DNA from: Octopus vulgaris
Taxonomy: Eukaryota
Assembly (NCBI GenBank): GCA_951406725.2
Contig: OX597827.1
Location: 1,860,001 to 1,924,000 of the forward strand
Reading direction: 5' to 3'
DNA: 64,000 nucleotides
Shown: positions 1-14,374 of the stretch, piece by piece
Numbering within the stretch: the stretch's first letter is position 1
Layout of the letters: every line of letters begins with the position of its first letter
The notes under the pieces: generated by a model
Seen by the model: only the letters and a program-made list of their open reading frames with translations
Databases searched by the model: none
What the model was told of the DNA's origin: nothing
Program-made: the position numbers and the translations under genes

Positions 1-1342
1 ACCTTATCGAAATTGTCCAAAGTTTCAGCAATGATATTGGAATGAGCGTGCATGGAGCTGAATAAATGTGTCAAAGTCACACTGAGAAGAGGCAAATTAT
101 TCAGCACAGGAAACACTGCACTCGACATAGATACAGAAATTAGAGAATTAGACTACAACCGCCCATACAAATATCTAGGAATAGAAGAAACAGCTAAAAC
201 GCAATACACAGAAATGAAAGCGAAAATTAGGAGAGAGAATTACAGAAGAGTTAGACTAATATGAAACACTGAACTTAATGCTAAAAATAAGATAATAGAG
301 ATAAACACGCTAGTCATACCAGTCATAAATTACAGCTTTAACATAATAAACTGGAAGATCAGTGAATTTAGTGACCCAGATCGAAAAACCAGAAAACTAC
401 TAACGGCGTATCGAAGTCACCACCCCGAAGCACACGCAGAAAAAAATATATCTATTCCGATCAGAAAGAGGCCGTAGCCTGACACAAATAGAGGACTGCT
501 ATATAGTAACAACAGTTGGACTAGGAAAGTATTTAGAAGCAAACAATGCAAGACTACTGTATGTGGTAAAGCAACACAAGAAAAAGAAAACGCTTTTTTC
601 ATGCACAAGGAGGCGACAAAATCCCAAACAGAAACTGACTACACTGACACACTGACACAATGACCTCAGATGATAACATAGAAGAAAAGGTCAGAGAGAA
701 ATAATACAAAGGGAAAACTGAATTACAAGAGAAACTGAAGAAGAAATGGAGAGAAAAATCCCTTTATGGCCAATACCCTGCAAGGCTTGACAGAGAGGAA
801 GTGAGCCAAAGTAAAAGCCAACAATGGTGCAAAAGCTCTGGACTAAAAGCTGAAACAGGACTGATTCTCACTGCACAAGACCAATGCCTCACTACAAACA
901 ATTATAAAATCAAAATAAGGAAAACAGGCCTCAACATCAAATGCAGAATGTGTAACCAGCACAATGATATAGTTGACCACATCATCTCGGGCTGCCCAGT
1001 CCTTGCCAAGTCTGAATGTATATACAAACACGACAAAGTAAGCAGTGATATCTACTGGACAATATGCCAACATTACAACATCGAAACTGACAACAGGTGG
1101 TATAAGCATGTGCCAAGCAAGGTACAAGACAACGACCAGGCCTCAATCATCTGAGATATGCCGGTTATAACCGACAAAGAAATAAGGCTGATCACCCAGA
1201 CATAGTAGTCAGGTTTGGGGTAGAAATCACCTGCTTACTGATAGACATTGCTGTCCCTTCTGATCAAAATATTGTCAAAAAAGGAGTGGAGAAATTGTCA
1301 AAGTACAAAGACCTCAAAATTGAAGTATTGAAGATGTGGAGC
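1..1342 (+). mobile_element. Decayed R4/Dong-type non-LTR retrotransposon fragment (RT C-terminus, CCHC finger, restriction-like endonuclease)
   Basis: Frame-shifted ORF pieces give LNKC..YKYLGIEE (RT end), KSSGLKAET..AQDQ, CRMC..DHIISGC (CCHC), PDIVV..LIDIAVP and EKLSKYKDLKIE (PD-D/ExK RLE). It is clearly homologous to the copy at 11635-12690. Confidence 0.9.
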
Positions 1343-1344
1343 AT

Positions 1345-2040
1345 ACCTCATCTTCTCCCATTATTCTATCCTTTTGCTCTTTCGTTTTCTCTCTTACTTT
1401 CTCTTCTCTCACTATTCCATCCTTCTACTCCTTCGTTTTCTCCCTTCTTTTCTCTTATTCTTTTACCTCCCCTTTTCCCTCTCTCTTTTTTCTCTCTTAT
1501 CCTGTCTTTAAATCTTTTCCTCTCCCCTTCACAGTTCTCTGTCTGTTACTCTCTCTCCCTCATTCTTCCTCCTTTGCTTAGCTGGCCCCCACGTGACCAT
1601 CGGCCATTTTTCTTTCTTCTCCTAACTTGTGTTTCTTTCTTTCTTCCTGTTTCAGCTGGACAGGGAAGACGTATTGTTCTCTGTCTCCTGTCCAGACTTG
1701 TTTCTTCGCGTTCGCCAGCACAACCTCGTTTAGGTCTAGCAGCCAATCCTGTTTCTTTTCCCTGTCCTGTTTTTGTTACCAATCTTGACCTTCCGTAAGA
1801 TCGCAAATTTGATTTAATTTGCTTTGTGGGAGTAACTGTTTTATCGAAGACGTATGTTGTCGTGAATTGCTCGAAATACAGATTAGAAAAACAGCCGACA
1901 AATGATGAAGGGTCATTCTTTGTGTTGCTTGTCTTGTTTCCATTTGCTTCTTCCGTTGCTTACAAAAAAGTCCTTATTCCATGTCTTCGTACTTCGTATT
2001 TTTTGTTGTTAATGTTTTGTGACGTCCTGTGCCCACATAT
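1345..2040 (+). mobile_element. Penelope-associated 3'-end repeat, copy 1, containing permuted hammerhead-like motifs
   Basis: A pyrimidine tract is followed by about 350 bp closely similar to 23519-23870 and related to 13661-13880 (minus strand). It ends in a (TA)/(CA) microsatellite. Confidence 0.7.
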
Positions 2041-2091
2041 ACATATGTATATACGTATACATGTAAGTATGTACGTATACGTATGTATATA

Positions 2092-2227
<136 letters not shown>

Positions 2228-2402
2228 TTAATGAAGACTATATTTTTTATGAGCTACTAAAAGTCTCATTCAATGAAAAAACATCTCAGACAGTATTTTT
2301 ATTCGTAGCTCATAAAAATATATAATGTGTTTATTAAATAAAATTTATCTCCCATCAGGAGTACTTTTTTTTTGTTAATCTTACCATCACGGAACAGTGC
2401 AC

Positions 2403-2445
<43 letters not shown>

Positions 2446-2839
2446 TTGTGCCTTGAGGAAGCCTTTTGCATTCTGCTACGTAATGATAACTTGGTATTAT
2501 GGGGATCATTGTATGATAAGAGAGGGAGAGAGGGAGAGACAGACAGACAGAACATAGTAGTGTTGAGCCACGGAACACTGGCAATGTGTCACACATGGCT
2601 TCTCTTAACGAAATACTGGATCTAAATAATTTTCCGTTAAGAGATAAAAATTAGTTCTGTTTGACAAAAGCAGGGAAGGATACAATTGCTGAACGTCCCT
2701 CTTGTTTCAATCCAATCCCGACCGAACAGGAATTTTAATTTGTATGTATGTCCGTTTTTATATATGTGTATGTGTGTATGTATGTATGTATGTATGTATG
2801 TATGTATGTATGTATGTATGTATGTATGTATGTATCTAT

Positions 2840-3290
2840 GTCATTATTCAGTTTATTTCAAGATTTCTTGCCAATAGAGAAAGAACCGGTTTCTAACCTA
2901 GACCCAAGGCTCCTTCATTGGAATTTCAACATCAACAAAAGGGTATTTTATTCTGTATGATAAATTTCTGGAAAGGTTTACAGATTTTATATTTCCAGTG
3001 ATGGATTGGATCTGTAACTTCGAATTAGCTTTCTCCTTTCTAGTTTCGAGAAGTTTAATTTCTCAAGATTGGTATTTAGGCAGTGCGTTACATATCCCAG
3101 GGCCCCAATAATTACAAGTATAAACCTGAACTTGTAATCTGGATAGAGTAACTTCAGATTTCTCAATAGTTCAGCAGAGGTGTTCTCTTTTTCACTGATC
3201 TTCAGCTTTATGTTAACATTCGCTGGGCAGCTAATTTCTACAACTGTGCACAGTTTCTCTTCTCTATCCCAAATCATTATATCAGATCTT
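2840..3290 (-). mobile_element. 3' end of a second RLE-type non-LTR retrotransposon family
   Basis: ORF 2987-3277 reads IWDREEKLCTVVEISCP..KISEKEN..LLRNLK..VIIGALG, an RLE domain C-terminus. A 3'UTR and (ACAT)n tail follow. Confidence 0.8.
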
Positions 3291-3913
3291 CACTGGTGCA
3301 TTCCACCAGCTTTCCTTTTTATTATGAGTGGCTATGTCTTCAGCTATATTGTGAGTTCTTATTTATTTGTCGACGGGAATATCCGTCAGTAATTACTCAG
3401 GGTAGGCAGTTTGTGACCTTTATGTAGTAAAACACACACAAAAAGCACGAAATAGGAGTGCGACTGAGTTGAAGGCAGATTTACTTCTGACTTTATAGCA
3501 CGTAAAGAAAACAGTGTTGTAGGAATGTACACAACAGATGTACTACATACACCAATACTATGCGTAGCTTAAATAATGAGCTTGAAAAGCAGGGGCGAAT
3601 TATGCCTACCTTCTCTACAAAATAAAATACTTTGTATTTTATGCATAGTAATCAGAGTAACCTTCATAATTTTATTGAATTAGGTGCATATTTTGCCATA
3701 AAAGGAAAATGTTGCGATTGATCTGTTTTATTTAAAGTAGACACTGCTTACCTTGCCTGTCTAGGCGCCATGTCGCGGATATATATAAAGATCCACTCGT
3801 ATATCCGTCAGTAGAGGAGGTATAATTATCCAAAATGTTAGTAGAGAAGGTACTTCTTACGCGAAAACGATTGATAAGACTGGCCGTGATGGATATTTAA
3901 TACATTTCGGATA

Positions 3914-4061
<148 letters not shown>

Positions 4062-4073
4062 TGTGTGTGTAGG

Positions 4074-4149
<76 letters not shown>

Positions 4150-4150
<1 letters not shown>

Positions 4151-5415
4151 CAGGTCATCACATAATTTTTGTCCGAATTTTGATTAAAGTAAGCAAGTGA
4201 TCAAATGTTATATTTAATTGAAATTTAATCATCAATGTACTTCCTCTGATTATCTATGACTTCCTTCCATCTATTTACAAGCTTTATAATCCTTTCAAAG
4301 CGAAGAACTCTGAAATGTAAGTTTCGACCTCCTCCTTGCTCGTGAAAGTTATGTCCCCCAAATGATTCTGTAAACTACGAAACAAATGGTAGTCTGAAGG
4401 ATCAAGGTCGGGAGAATAAGGTGCATGAGAAATATTTTCCCAACGAAGCCCTTCGATCTTCTGTGATGTGATCTTTGCAGTGTGGGGTGGCGTATTGTCC
4501 TAATGAAATGACACTCATTTTCGATTCATTAAAGCGGGTCTTTTTTTCTTCAAAGCTTGGTACAAACGCTCTAATTGCTGACAGTAGACGTGAGTATTGA
4601 TTGTTGCATTAGGTGGTAGGAATTCACAGTGAATTACTCCTTTGGAATCTAACCAGATTGAGAGAAGTACCTTTTTCCCATGAAGTTCCCTTCTCGGTTG
4701 TGGTTGAGCCTTTTCCCTTTTACCAAGCTACTGTTTACGACGTTTAACATTTCAATAGAAGATCCATTTTTCATCATCAGTCACAAGTCTATCCCAAAAG
4801 GGTGAAATGAGTTCGCTAGAATGGAGAGAAGAGCAGATGTCAACTCGAGATTTGCGGTTGCTTTCGGATAATTAATGAGGCATCCATTTTCCTGGTTTAG
4901 AAACCTTTCCAAGTTGTTGAAGATGATGATGAATAGTTGTATGGTTTGAACTAAGCTTTATTGCCAATTCTTCAAGTGACAATGCAGGATTTTCTTCAAG
5001 AAATGTCTCAAGGAGCTTATCATCAAACTCAACTAGACGTCCTGTTCGATCTTCATCTTCAAGGCTGAAATCTCCACTTTTGAATTTTGCAAACCATCTT
5101 CTGCAAGTTCTTTCATTCAAGCATTCTTTCCCATAAACTGAGTGTATGTTTCAAGTCGCTTCAGCTGCAGAGTTTCCTTTTTTGTACTCATAAAGCATTA
5201 TGTGCCTTAAATGCTCTTTGGTTACTTCCATGTTAGAAAGAGTTTTAATCAAAGAAAGTTTAATTGTATTATTCTGTAAAATAATATTTAATTAGTTTAA
5301 ATGTACACAAATGCATAAAAATAACTTTTAATTCCATTAGGCAATCCAAAATACTATTAAATTTCATTCAATTTTAAAAAAGGTAAACTCGGACAGAACT
5401 TATGGGATGACCTGA
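4150..5415 (-). mobile_element. Full-length (about 1.27 kb) mariner DNA transposon, decayed
   Basis: Imperfect TIRs tcaggtcatcacataatttttgtccga / tcggacagaacttatgggatgacctga, with a TA dinucleotide on both flanks (4148-49 and 5416-17). Confidence 0.93.
4225..5231 (-). pseudogene. Mariner (SETMAR-like) transposase pseudogene
   Basis: Starts MEVTKEHLRHIMLYEY and contains WFAKFKSGDFSLED, GKWMPH (the WVPHEL motif) and YSPDLDPSDYHLFRSLQNHL. It has in-frame stops and frameshifts. Confidence 0.9.
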
Positions 5416-5433
5416 TATATAAATAAATATATA

Positions 5434-5497
<64 letters not shown>

Positions 5498-6118
5498 ATG
5501 TGTGTGTGTGTGTGTGTGTGTGTATGTATATATAATTATGTATATACATATATAAGTATATATATATAAATATATATATATATATAAGGATATATAAACA
5601 TACATACACACATATATATATACATATACATATGTAAGTACATGCAATGTATATTTAGCTATCTGTCTACCTATGTATGTATGTATGCATCTATGTACGT
5701 ATATATATATGTCTTCATGAGTGTGTGTGTATGTGTTGCATAAATATAAACATGAGATTTGAAGACAAACTAGCATTGAGCTTAAAACGTAATATATGAC
5801 AACGGGTAGAAACTAGAGAAGATAAATAAGACGGAGGAGACGCGCCAGAAATGTTCCTGAGTTCAATCCTAATTAACGAAATTTTGTAAATGCAACATAT
5901 AATGAAGGACAGAGCTCGTGCCATCGAACCGAATTCTGTAGAAAAAATTTAGAACGAAAACTGAAAAACTGAAAGAAAAAAAATGAGGTTAACAGCCTGA
6001 AAACATTTTTCCATCAGTGCTAATAATAAGTGGTTTCGAAAAATATAATTTACGTATAGAAAATCATTTCACTTAAAAAAGCAATGAAAACATTACAATA
6101 ACGAGAATAATAATGATG

Positions 6119-6190
<72 letters not shown>

Positions 6191-6874
6191 GATGACAACA
6201 ACAACAATGGCAATAATAAATTATAAGTTTTACTTGCAACAATTATTCTTCAAGAGTTATATTTTCCCTTTGCATCTCATTATACTACGTAATATATAAA
6301 TATGTACATATATACATACATTTACATATGTGTGCGCGTGTGTGTGTTTGTGTGTGTGTGTATAAATATAGGTATATATATATATATAAATATATATATA
6401 TATCTATATACATATATATTCATTTACTTATATACATACTCATACATACACACACACACACACATATCTATACTCATACATACATATATGCATATAGGTA
6501 TGTGTATACATACACAGATACCTGCACACATATACACACACACACACACACATATATATAAACATATATATTTAATAAACAAATACAAAAGTAATAAGTA
6601 AACACATAAATAATTTTAAAGGCAAACACTTTACAAAAAATACAAAAAGACAATTTTTTAAAAGAATGAAACAAAAATCAAAATCACTAAAGAACTGGGA
6701 AAACAGAGACAACAACATCACGAACAACAACAATCTCCTGGAAAAAATTATGCGTTATTTATACGTTATCTTTTCAAAATAATTAAATATATTATATATA
6801 TGAATCTCATCCTCTCTCTGTCCCTTTCTCTCTGTGTATATATATAAATATATATAAATATGTTATATATATAT

Positions 6875-6957
<83 letters not shown>

Positions 6958-7138
6958 TGTATATATATGTATATATATATATATATATGTCTCTCTCTAT
7001 CAATTCATATACAATACATATATGTATATAAACATATGCATATATGTATGTGTGTGTTTGTGCGTGTATGAATACACTTATTCATATATATATATACAAG
7101 CATATATATATATATATATGCATACAGACAGATACACA

Positions 7139-7175
<37 letters not shown>

Positions 7176-7699
7176 TTAGACACACACACACATATATTTA
7201 CATACATATACATATATTTATATATGTATATACGTGCATATATATGTGTGTATATTTGTATGTATATATATATATGTTTGTGTATGTTTGTATGTATAGA
7301 AATATATTTGTATATGCATACATATATGCTTGTATATATATACAACTATATATATAATACATAATGTATGTTTATTGTGTATTTGTGAGTGGGTATCTGG
7401 GTATGCAAGTGTATGTGTGTGTATGTTTGTGTGTTTATTTTCATTTGCATGTTTATAAGGCTTCAGTCGCTCTATATTACAGCCACCCCCGCCACCCCCG
7501 CAACCACCACCACCACCACCACCACCACCACATCACTCCCATCACCAAAACCACCACCTCTGCAACTTCGCTGCCGCCGCTGCCTCCAAAAACACTCGCA
7601 CCGATACACCATTGCACACATTCTTCCTCCGATTCAGACATCTGATTCCCACTCATTAAAAATCATTAGCAGATGCAAGAGCATAGGACGTCATCAATA

Positions 7700-7714
7700 T
7701 TGGAATCATTATCA

Positions 7715-7745
<31 letters not shown>

Positions 7746-7847
7746 CGTCCCCTTCTCCTCCTCCTCCTCCTCAATATTATTATATTCATCACTATCATCG
7801 TCGTTATTGATATCAACATCATCATTCTTGTCGTCATCGACCTCTTA

Positions 7848-7885
<38 letters not shown>

Positions 7886-8214
7886 TATCATCATCATTAT
7901 CATCATCATTCGTCTCGTCATCATTCTCTTAATCATCTTCCCTTCCTCCTCCTTCCCTTCCTCCTCCTTCCCTTTCTCCTCCTTCCCTTCCTCCTCCTCG
8001 TGCTCCCTGTCCTCCTTCTCACCATCATCATCCCGCTCTCCTTTCTCCATCTCTTCATTATTCACATAATCATCGTTGTCAATATCGACGTCATCCTCCT
8101 CCACCTCCTCCTCCTCATCATCATCATCATTACCATCATCATCATCATCATCATCATTACCATCATCATCATCATCATTACCATCATCATCATCATCATC
8201 ATCATCATCATTGC

Positions 8215-8264
<50 letters not shown>

Positions 8265-8280
8265 GCTTCATCATCATCAT
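7700..8280. repeat. Compound (ATC)n/(TCC)n/(GTC)n trinucleotide microsatellite field
   Basis: Directly visible; source of the spurious poly-I, poly-S and poly-M ORFs. Confidence 0.95.
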
Positions 8281-8503
8281 TAGCTTCAATAGAAACAGCA
8301 ACAGAACATTAAAAAGAAAAAATTGTAAAAGAAAACATGTACATTGAACAACTCTGCCATTTCTGACTTGAGACAGAAATATATAAAAAAACCAAAAAAC
8401 ACATTAAATATTAAAATAAGAAACGTAAAAACAAGCAGAAATATTTTGATTTGATTTGATCTAGTTTCAGCTCATAAGCTCTGGTAATGCTGGGGCACCA
8501 CCA

Positions 8504-8585
<82 letters not shown>

Positions 8586-8744
8586 TATTGTCTTTGAAAA
8601 CGTGATGGTGATGGTTTTGGTGGTGGGAACACGGAAACACTTACCTCACCGAAGAATTCAAAGGAAAAAAGGTAAAGAAAAAAATAGAACATAAATCAAA
8701 GAGGAAAATTCCTCCGAAATCTTTTCTCTTGCTCTCTGCAATGC

Positions 8745-8800
<56 letters not shown>

Positions 8801-9010
8801 TTTCTTTCTTTCTTTCTTTCTCTTTCTCTCTCTCTCTCTCTCTCTGAATGCAAATATATCTATCTATCTACCTATCTCCCTCCTTATCTCCCTCACCGTC
8901 TCTCTCTGCTCTTTTCTCTCTCCCTCTCTCTCTCTCTCTATCACGCACATATATATACATATATAAATATATACGTAGTTATATATCTATACTTATGTGC
9001 ATGAAGATGA

Positions 9011-9050
<40 letters not shown>

Positions 9051-9233
9051 ATACATATGTATATATACACACACACATGTGTGTGTATATATATATATAA
9101 GCATATATATAGAGAGAGAAAGGGAAAGAGAGAAAGAGAAAGAGCGAAAGACATGCATAAATGTCTATACACACACATATATAAATATAGGGAGAAAGAA
9201 TGAAAGAGATGCATAAATGTAAACATATATATG

Positions 9234-9455
<222 letters not shown>

Positions 9456-9618
9456 CATATATATCTATAGACATGGTTATACACATGCACACGCGCATAC
9501 ACAACCACCAGGAATCCATGATATTCAAAGTTAATTGAATACATAAGTGAACCGCTGATTCTTCTATTCTCTAACTCCTCTCAACCGTCATTTCCTTTTC
9601 ACATACACAAACACTCCT

Positions 9619-9681
<63 letters not shown>

Positions 9682-10106
9682 TTCAGCATACAGTCACAGA
9701 CCCATATATACATACATTCATGTATACATACATATATATACACACATATATATATATATATATTTGTGTGAGTGTGTGTGTGTATACATATATACATACA
9801 GAAACATATATACATATATCTATTTCTATTTCTATATATATATATATGATTATATATATTTACATGCACATGCATAATACAGACACGGACACACAGATGC
9901 ACACAGATATATATGGATGTATATATATATATATATATATGTATAATATAAATATGATATATATGTGTTTATATGAATATATATATATATATATGTATAT
10001 ATATATGTAAATGTATATATGTGTATGTGTGTGTGGATGTGTGTACACACCCACACAAGCACCGCCACCTCCACATACACACACATATATATTTGTGTGT
10101 GTGTGC

Positions 10107-10146
<40 letters not shown>

Positions 10147-10510
10147 CTTTGTGCGCGTTTCTGTTCGCGACCATATACCGTACACATCACAATTGTCACA
10201 TTTCCACAAACAAGACAACTTGTATCATTCCCACCGTCATTAACATTTACTGAGATTATTACCGTAACCTAATAACAGATACGTACATATTCCCTATTAC
10301 GCAAACATATACTGAGTGTGTGTGTGTGTGGCTAAATGCACATGTGTGTTTGTGTAAGAATGTGTCAGAGTGTAGGTTTGTGTCAGTGTAAATGTGTACA
10401 TCCATGTAAAAATCGAATTCACTAAATTCACATTCTTGAATAAGCCTCAGCGCTGTGATTCCCACTTTGCTTTTTACTTCCTTATTTTCTCTTTTCTTTT
10501 CCCTCTCCAT

Positions 10511-10548
10511 GTATCTGGACATATGACAGCTGTCCGAAACGTCAATAT
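10511..10548 (+). ncRNA. Degenerate minimal hammerhead relic (CUGANGA largely deleted)
   Basis: Stem II ggaca/tgtcc (10517-21 / 10531-35) is followed by GAAAC-GUC. Only 'ct' remains of the CUGANGA box. The context is pyrimidine-rich and resembles a PLE 3' end. Confidence 0.4.
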
Positions 10549-11430
10549 CTTTTCAATTTCTTTACAGTGCGATACATTGACTTTGTTCTCTTGTTCGTTG
10601 TTTTTCTAATCTTATAGTTTGATTTTGTCTACTTCACGCACACACACATACGCACACACACGCACACACGCACAAAAAGACATACACACACATATATACA
10701 TATATTTATGTATTTACACTCATACATATATACATAAATATATATATGTATATACATGCATATATATATGAATGTATATATGTATGTATATATGTATATG
10801 TATGGATATATATATATATATATATATATGTATATGTGTGTGTATGTATGTATGTGTATGTGTTTATGTATGTATATGTATATGAGTGCAAGACTTCCAA
10901 TGCATATGTGCGATTTCAATGCACACGCCCCCTTCACTTATATGGATATGCATAAGTGCGCATATGTGTGGGTGTAGATGTGTGATGAGACAGTGCATAA
11001 ATATAGTATATATATATATATATGTGTGCGTGTGCGTGTGCGTGTACGTATGCATTTTTGTGTGACTGTGTACGTATGTAGACGTTGTGAACGCAGGGTG
11101 TTTATGCTTATTTATTGTGAGAATATGGCTTTGTGTGTATTTATATATATATTTTATACATTTTAAATATTTTTTATCTTTTTTCTTCTTTCGTCTTCCA
11201 CTAATGAGAGTTACCTCCCTTATATTTAACGGTTATTCTTAGAGTGTGTTACCATTAATAGCCGACGAGAATGTGTCGTAGTTATTCGCTCCGGCATTCG
11301 AAACTCCGAGTACTATAATGACAGCCTTTTACTGTTTGTACTATTTTATAACATATATAAATAATACTCTATTTCTTAGAAGTATCGAGCTCTCACGCTT
11401 TTGTTGCTACATTTATTATTATTATTATCA

Positions 11431-11480
<50 letters not shown>

Positions 11481-12689
11481 GTCATTTACTTTTAATCTGC
11501 ATGTTTGATGCAATCACTTGCCGGAGCACACCCAGCGCCCTAGGGCAAGTGAAGGTTAAGAGTTGTTGAAATATAGCTGAAAGCTTGGGGAGGGGAAGTA
11601 GAGATATATCTCCATGTAATGCAAACACAAACATTTACATTGATAGGGTTTTTCTAAGGATGTGGGCAGTACTTGTTAGCACAATCTTTTGGATTTCCTT
11701 GAGACATGGTTTTCCAGGGATATTGTCTAGGTGTTTCTGACATCCCTTTTTTATCATACCTAGGGCACCTACAATAACAGGAACAGTTTTTGTTTTAAGA
11801 TTCCACATCCTCTGTATTTCGATTTCCAGGTCCTTATATTTACTAAGTTTGTCAAATTCCTTGACAGATACATTTTTATCAGTGGGGACGCTTACTTCTA
11901 TTAGTCTGCAAGTATTTTCTTCCCTGTCTTTCACAATTATGTCTGGTCGATTAGCCTTGATCGTTCTGTCAGTGTTGACTGGAAAATCCCAGAGGATGGT
12001 GACATCTTTACCTTCAACAACTGGCTGAGGATGGTGTTCATACCAGTTAGCAGGAGTGTCGGATTTGTAGTGTTTACATATCTTCCAATGTATATACTGT
12101 CCTACCCTATCGTGGCGATTTTTGTATTCGTTTGGTGTCAGCACAGGACATCCCGAAACGAGATGGTCTATTGTTTCGTCAAATGTGTCACAGAATCTGC
12201 ATTTAGGGTCAGTACCGTTTCGGAGAACGTTAGCCTGGTAATTTCTGGTAAACAAGCTTTGATCTTGTGCTGCTATTATGAAGCCTTCAGTCTCTGCTTT
12301 CAATCCAGAGCTCTTCAGCCACTGATGGGTTGTTGCTTGGTCTACATCAGCATTTTGGCTTCGGAGAATATATTGTCCATGCAGGGGCTTCTGGCTCCAC
12401 CGCCTCTCAATTTGATTCTGCCCGTTCTTTTTTGCAGTCTGCTTGATTCGCTTTGCTTGCTTGGTAGCAGTGGTTTCCGACTCTTCATCTGATTCAAGGT
12501 TAACGTCTAGTTCCCTTTCGAACTTATAAGCTTCCTTGACAATAGAATGCAGCTTTTTGCTGCTTTCGTGTTCGCACACAAGTCGCAGCATCCAGTCCTT
12601 TGTACTAGATAGGTACCTGTTCATTCCTACAGTAGAGGTCTTATAGCACAGCTCTAATTGCATCATTCCTCTCCCCCCGCTGCTTCTAG

Positions 12690-12692
<3 letters not shown>
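11481..12692 (-). mobile_element. 5'-truncated, young R4/Dong-type retrotransposon inserted in a (TAA)n tract
   Basis: Uninterrupted frame of about 350 aa from PRSSGGRG to ILRKTLSM*, with CRFC..DHLVSGC and RPDIIV..IEVSVP..KLSKYKDL. TAA/ATT repeats flank both sides. The N-terminal about 90 aa of the called ORF are microsatellite and flank read-through. Confidence 0.95.
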
Positions 12693-12744
<52 letters not shown>

Positions 12745-12747
12745 TAC

Positions 12748-12835
<88 letters not shown>

Positions 12836-12856
12836 ATTATTGTAATTACTATTATC

Positions 12857-12905
12857 TTAACCCCCAGATTCCGAGTTCGATTCCAGGCAGTGACCTGAAT
12901 AATAA
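12857..12905 (+). mobile_element. 5'-truncated copy of an approximately 80 bp tRNA-derived mini-SINE
   Basis: aacccccagattccgagttcgattccaggcagtgacctgaataataa contains a B-box and matches the minus-strand copy at 59869-59945. Confidence 0.7.
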
Positions 12906-12907
12906 GT

Positions 12908-13533
12908 GTGAATTCTGTAGAATAATAAAGAACTTTCTTTGCAGTGGTTGGACCAAAATGAAGCACCGAAAACCTTCCTTAAACCCGAGCTCTTCAAAAG
13001 GAAGGTTATGGTGATTGTTTGGTGGTTACTGCTGGACTCATCCATTATAACTTCTTAACGCCCGAAAAAACCATTACTGCAAAACATATTGTCATGAAAT
13101 TGCATAAATGAACGAAAAACTGTTACTCCCCCGTCCCAGACTGGTCAACAGAAGAGGACCAATCATTCTTCATGACAAAACTCGACCACAATTTTCACTC
13201 CAGAAGTTGAGGGTACTTGGCTACGAAGTTCTCGGCCAAATATATTCCCCAGACCTTTCTCCTTCCGACTACCACTTTGTCAAGCACCTTGATGAGTTTC
13301 TGCGACAGAAGGAGTTCAAAATTCAAGCCAATGCTGAAAGTGTGTTCAAAGAGTGCATCAGCTCCAGAACTCCAGTTGTTTATGTTACCAAAATAAACAA
13401 ACTTGTAACTCGTTGGCAAAGATGTGTTGATTGTAATGGTGCTTACTTTGATGAATAAAATTTCGGCATTGTTGAAATATATTGTGATGGATTTCATGTT
13501 TCAAAACGTTGCTTAACTTTTTACTCAGCCTGA
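12908..13533 (+). mobile_element. Mariner 3' half (decayed transposase and terminus)
   Basis: KVMVIVWW, ILHDKTRP, YSPDLSPSDYHF and INKLVTRWQRCVDCNGAYFDE*. Confidence 0.9.
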
Positions 13534-13597
13534 CATATATATATATACATACATACATACATATATATATACACACACAAAATATAATATAATATTA

Positions 13598-13660
<63 letters not shown>

Positions 13661-13662
<2 letters not shown>

Positions 13663-14163
13663 GGACAGGACGTCACCAACTGTGTAAACAACATGAAATA
13701 CGAAAACAAATGAGGTAAATGCGCAAACAACCAGAGAAAAAATGGAAAAGAGAATAAGTAAACACAGAGAATTACTCTTCATCAGTTGTCGGCTGCCTAT
13801 CTGCTCCACATTTCAAGCATTCAACGACGGTTTGAGTCTTCAAAGACTGTTGCTCCTATAAATTCTGAAATAAAATTTAGCAGTTATGGAGAGTGAGAGC
13901 TGGAACAAAAAGAGGACAGTCGAGACATAGATAGAAGGAAACCGAGCGAAAACAAACATGATGGATCGTTAGAGCAGAACGAAAAGAAAATAGTGAATGC
14001 TGGGAGAAATGTTTTCTTTGAAAACAGAAAAGATAGAAGACAGAAAAGGAAAACGTCCATTCCTTTGAACGTCTGTGCAGGAAATGAAAGATGGTTTCCT
14101 GAGGAAAACAAAAGTTGGACGATGGTCGCATGGTAGCAACGAGAGAGTGAAAACGAGAAGGAG

Positions 14164-14213
<50 letters not shown>

Positions 14214-14320
14214 CAGAGAGACAGAGAGACAGACATAGAGAAAACGGTGAAAGAGGGAGGGGTAAAATGGAATTAGAGAAGGACGGAAGAAGAAAACAGT
14301 GTAGAGTCGCATGAAAAAGG
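13661..14320 (-). mobile_element. Penelope 3'-end repeat, copy 3 (divergent subfamily), with permuted hammerhead-like motifs
   Basis: The minus strand reads ggagcaac..gtcgttgaatgcttGAAAtgtgg..gccgacaaCTGATGAagagtaattc, homologous to 1830-1935 and 23653-23760. It lies immediately downstream of a PLE ORF fragment on the same strand. Confidence 0.7.
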
Positions 14321-14360
<40 letters not shown>

Positions 14361-14374
14361 GGGGGGATGTTCAA

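Noticed and set aside
11635-12966. 443-aa ORF as an intact gene
   Set aside because: The N-terminus is read-through from antisense mariner, mini-SINE and (ATA)n sequence. The remainder is a 5'-truncated retrotransposon lacking RT.
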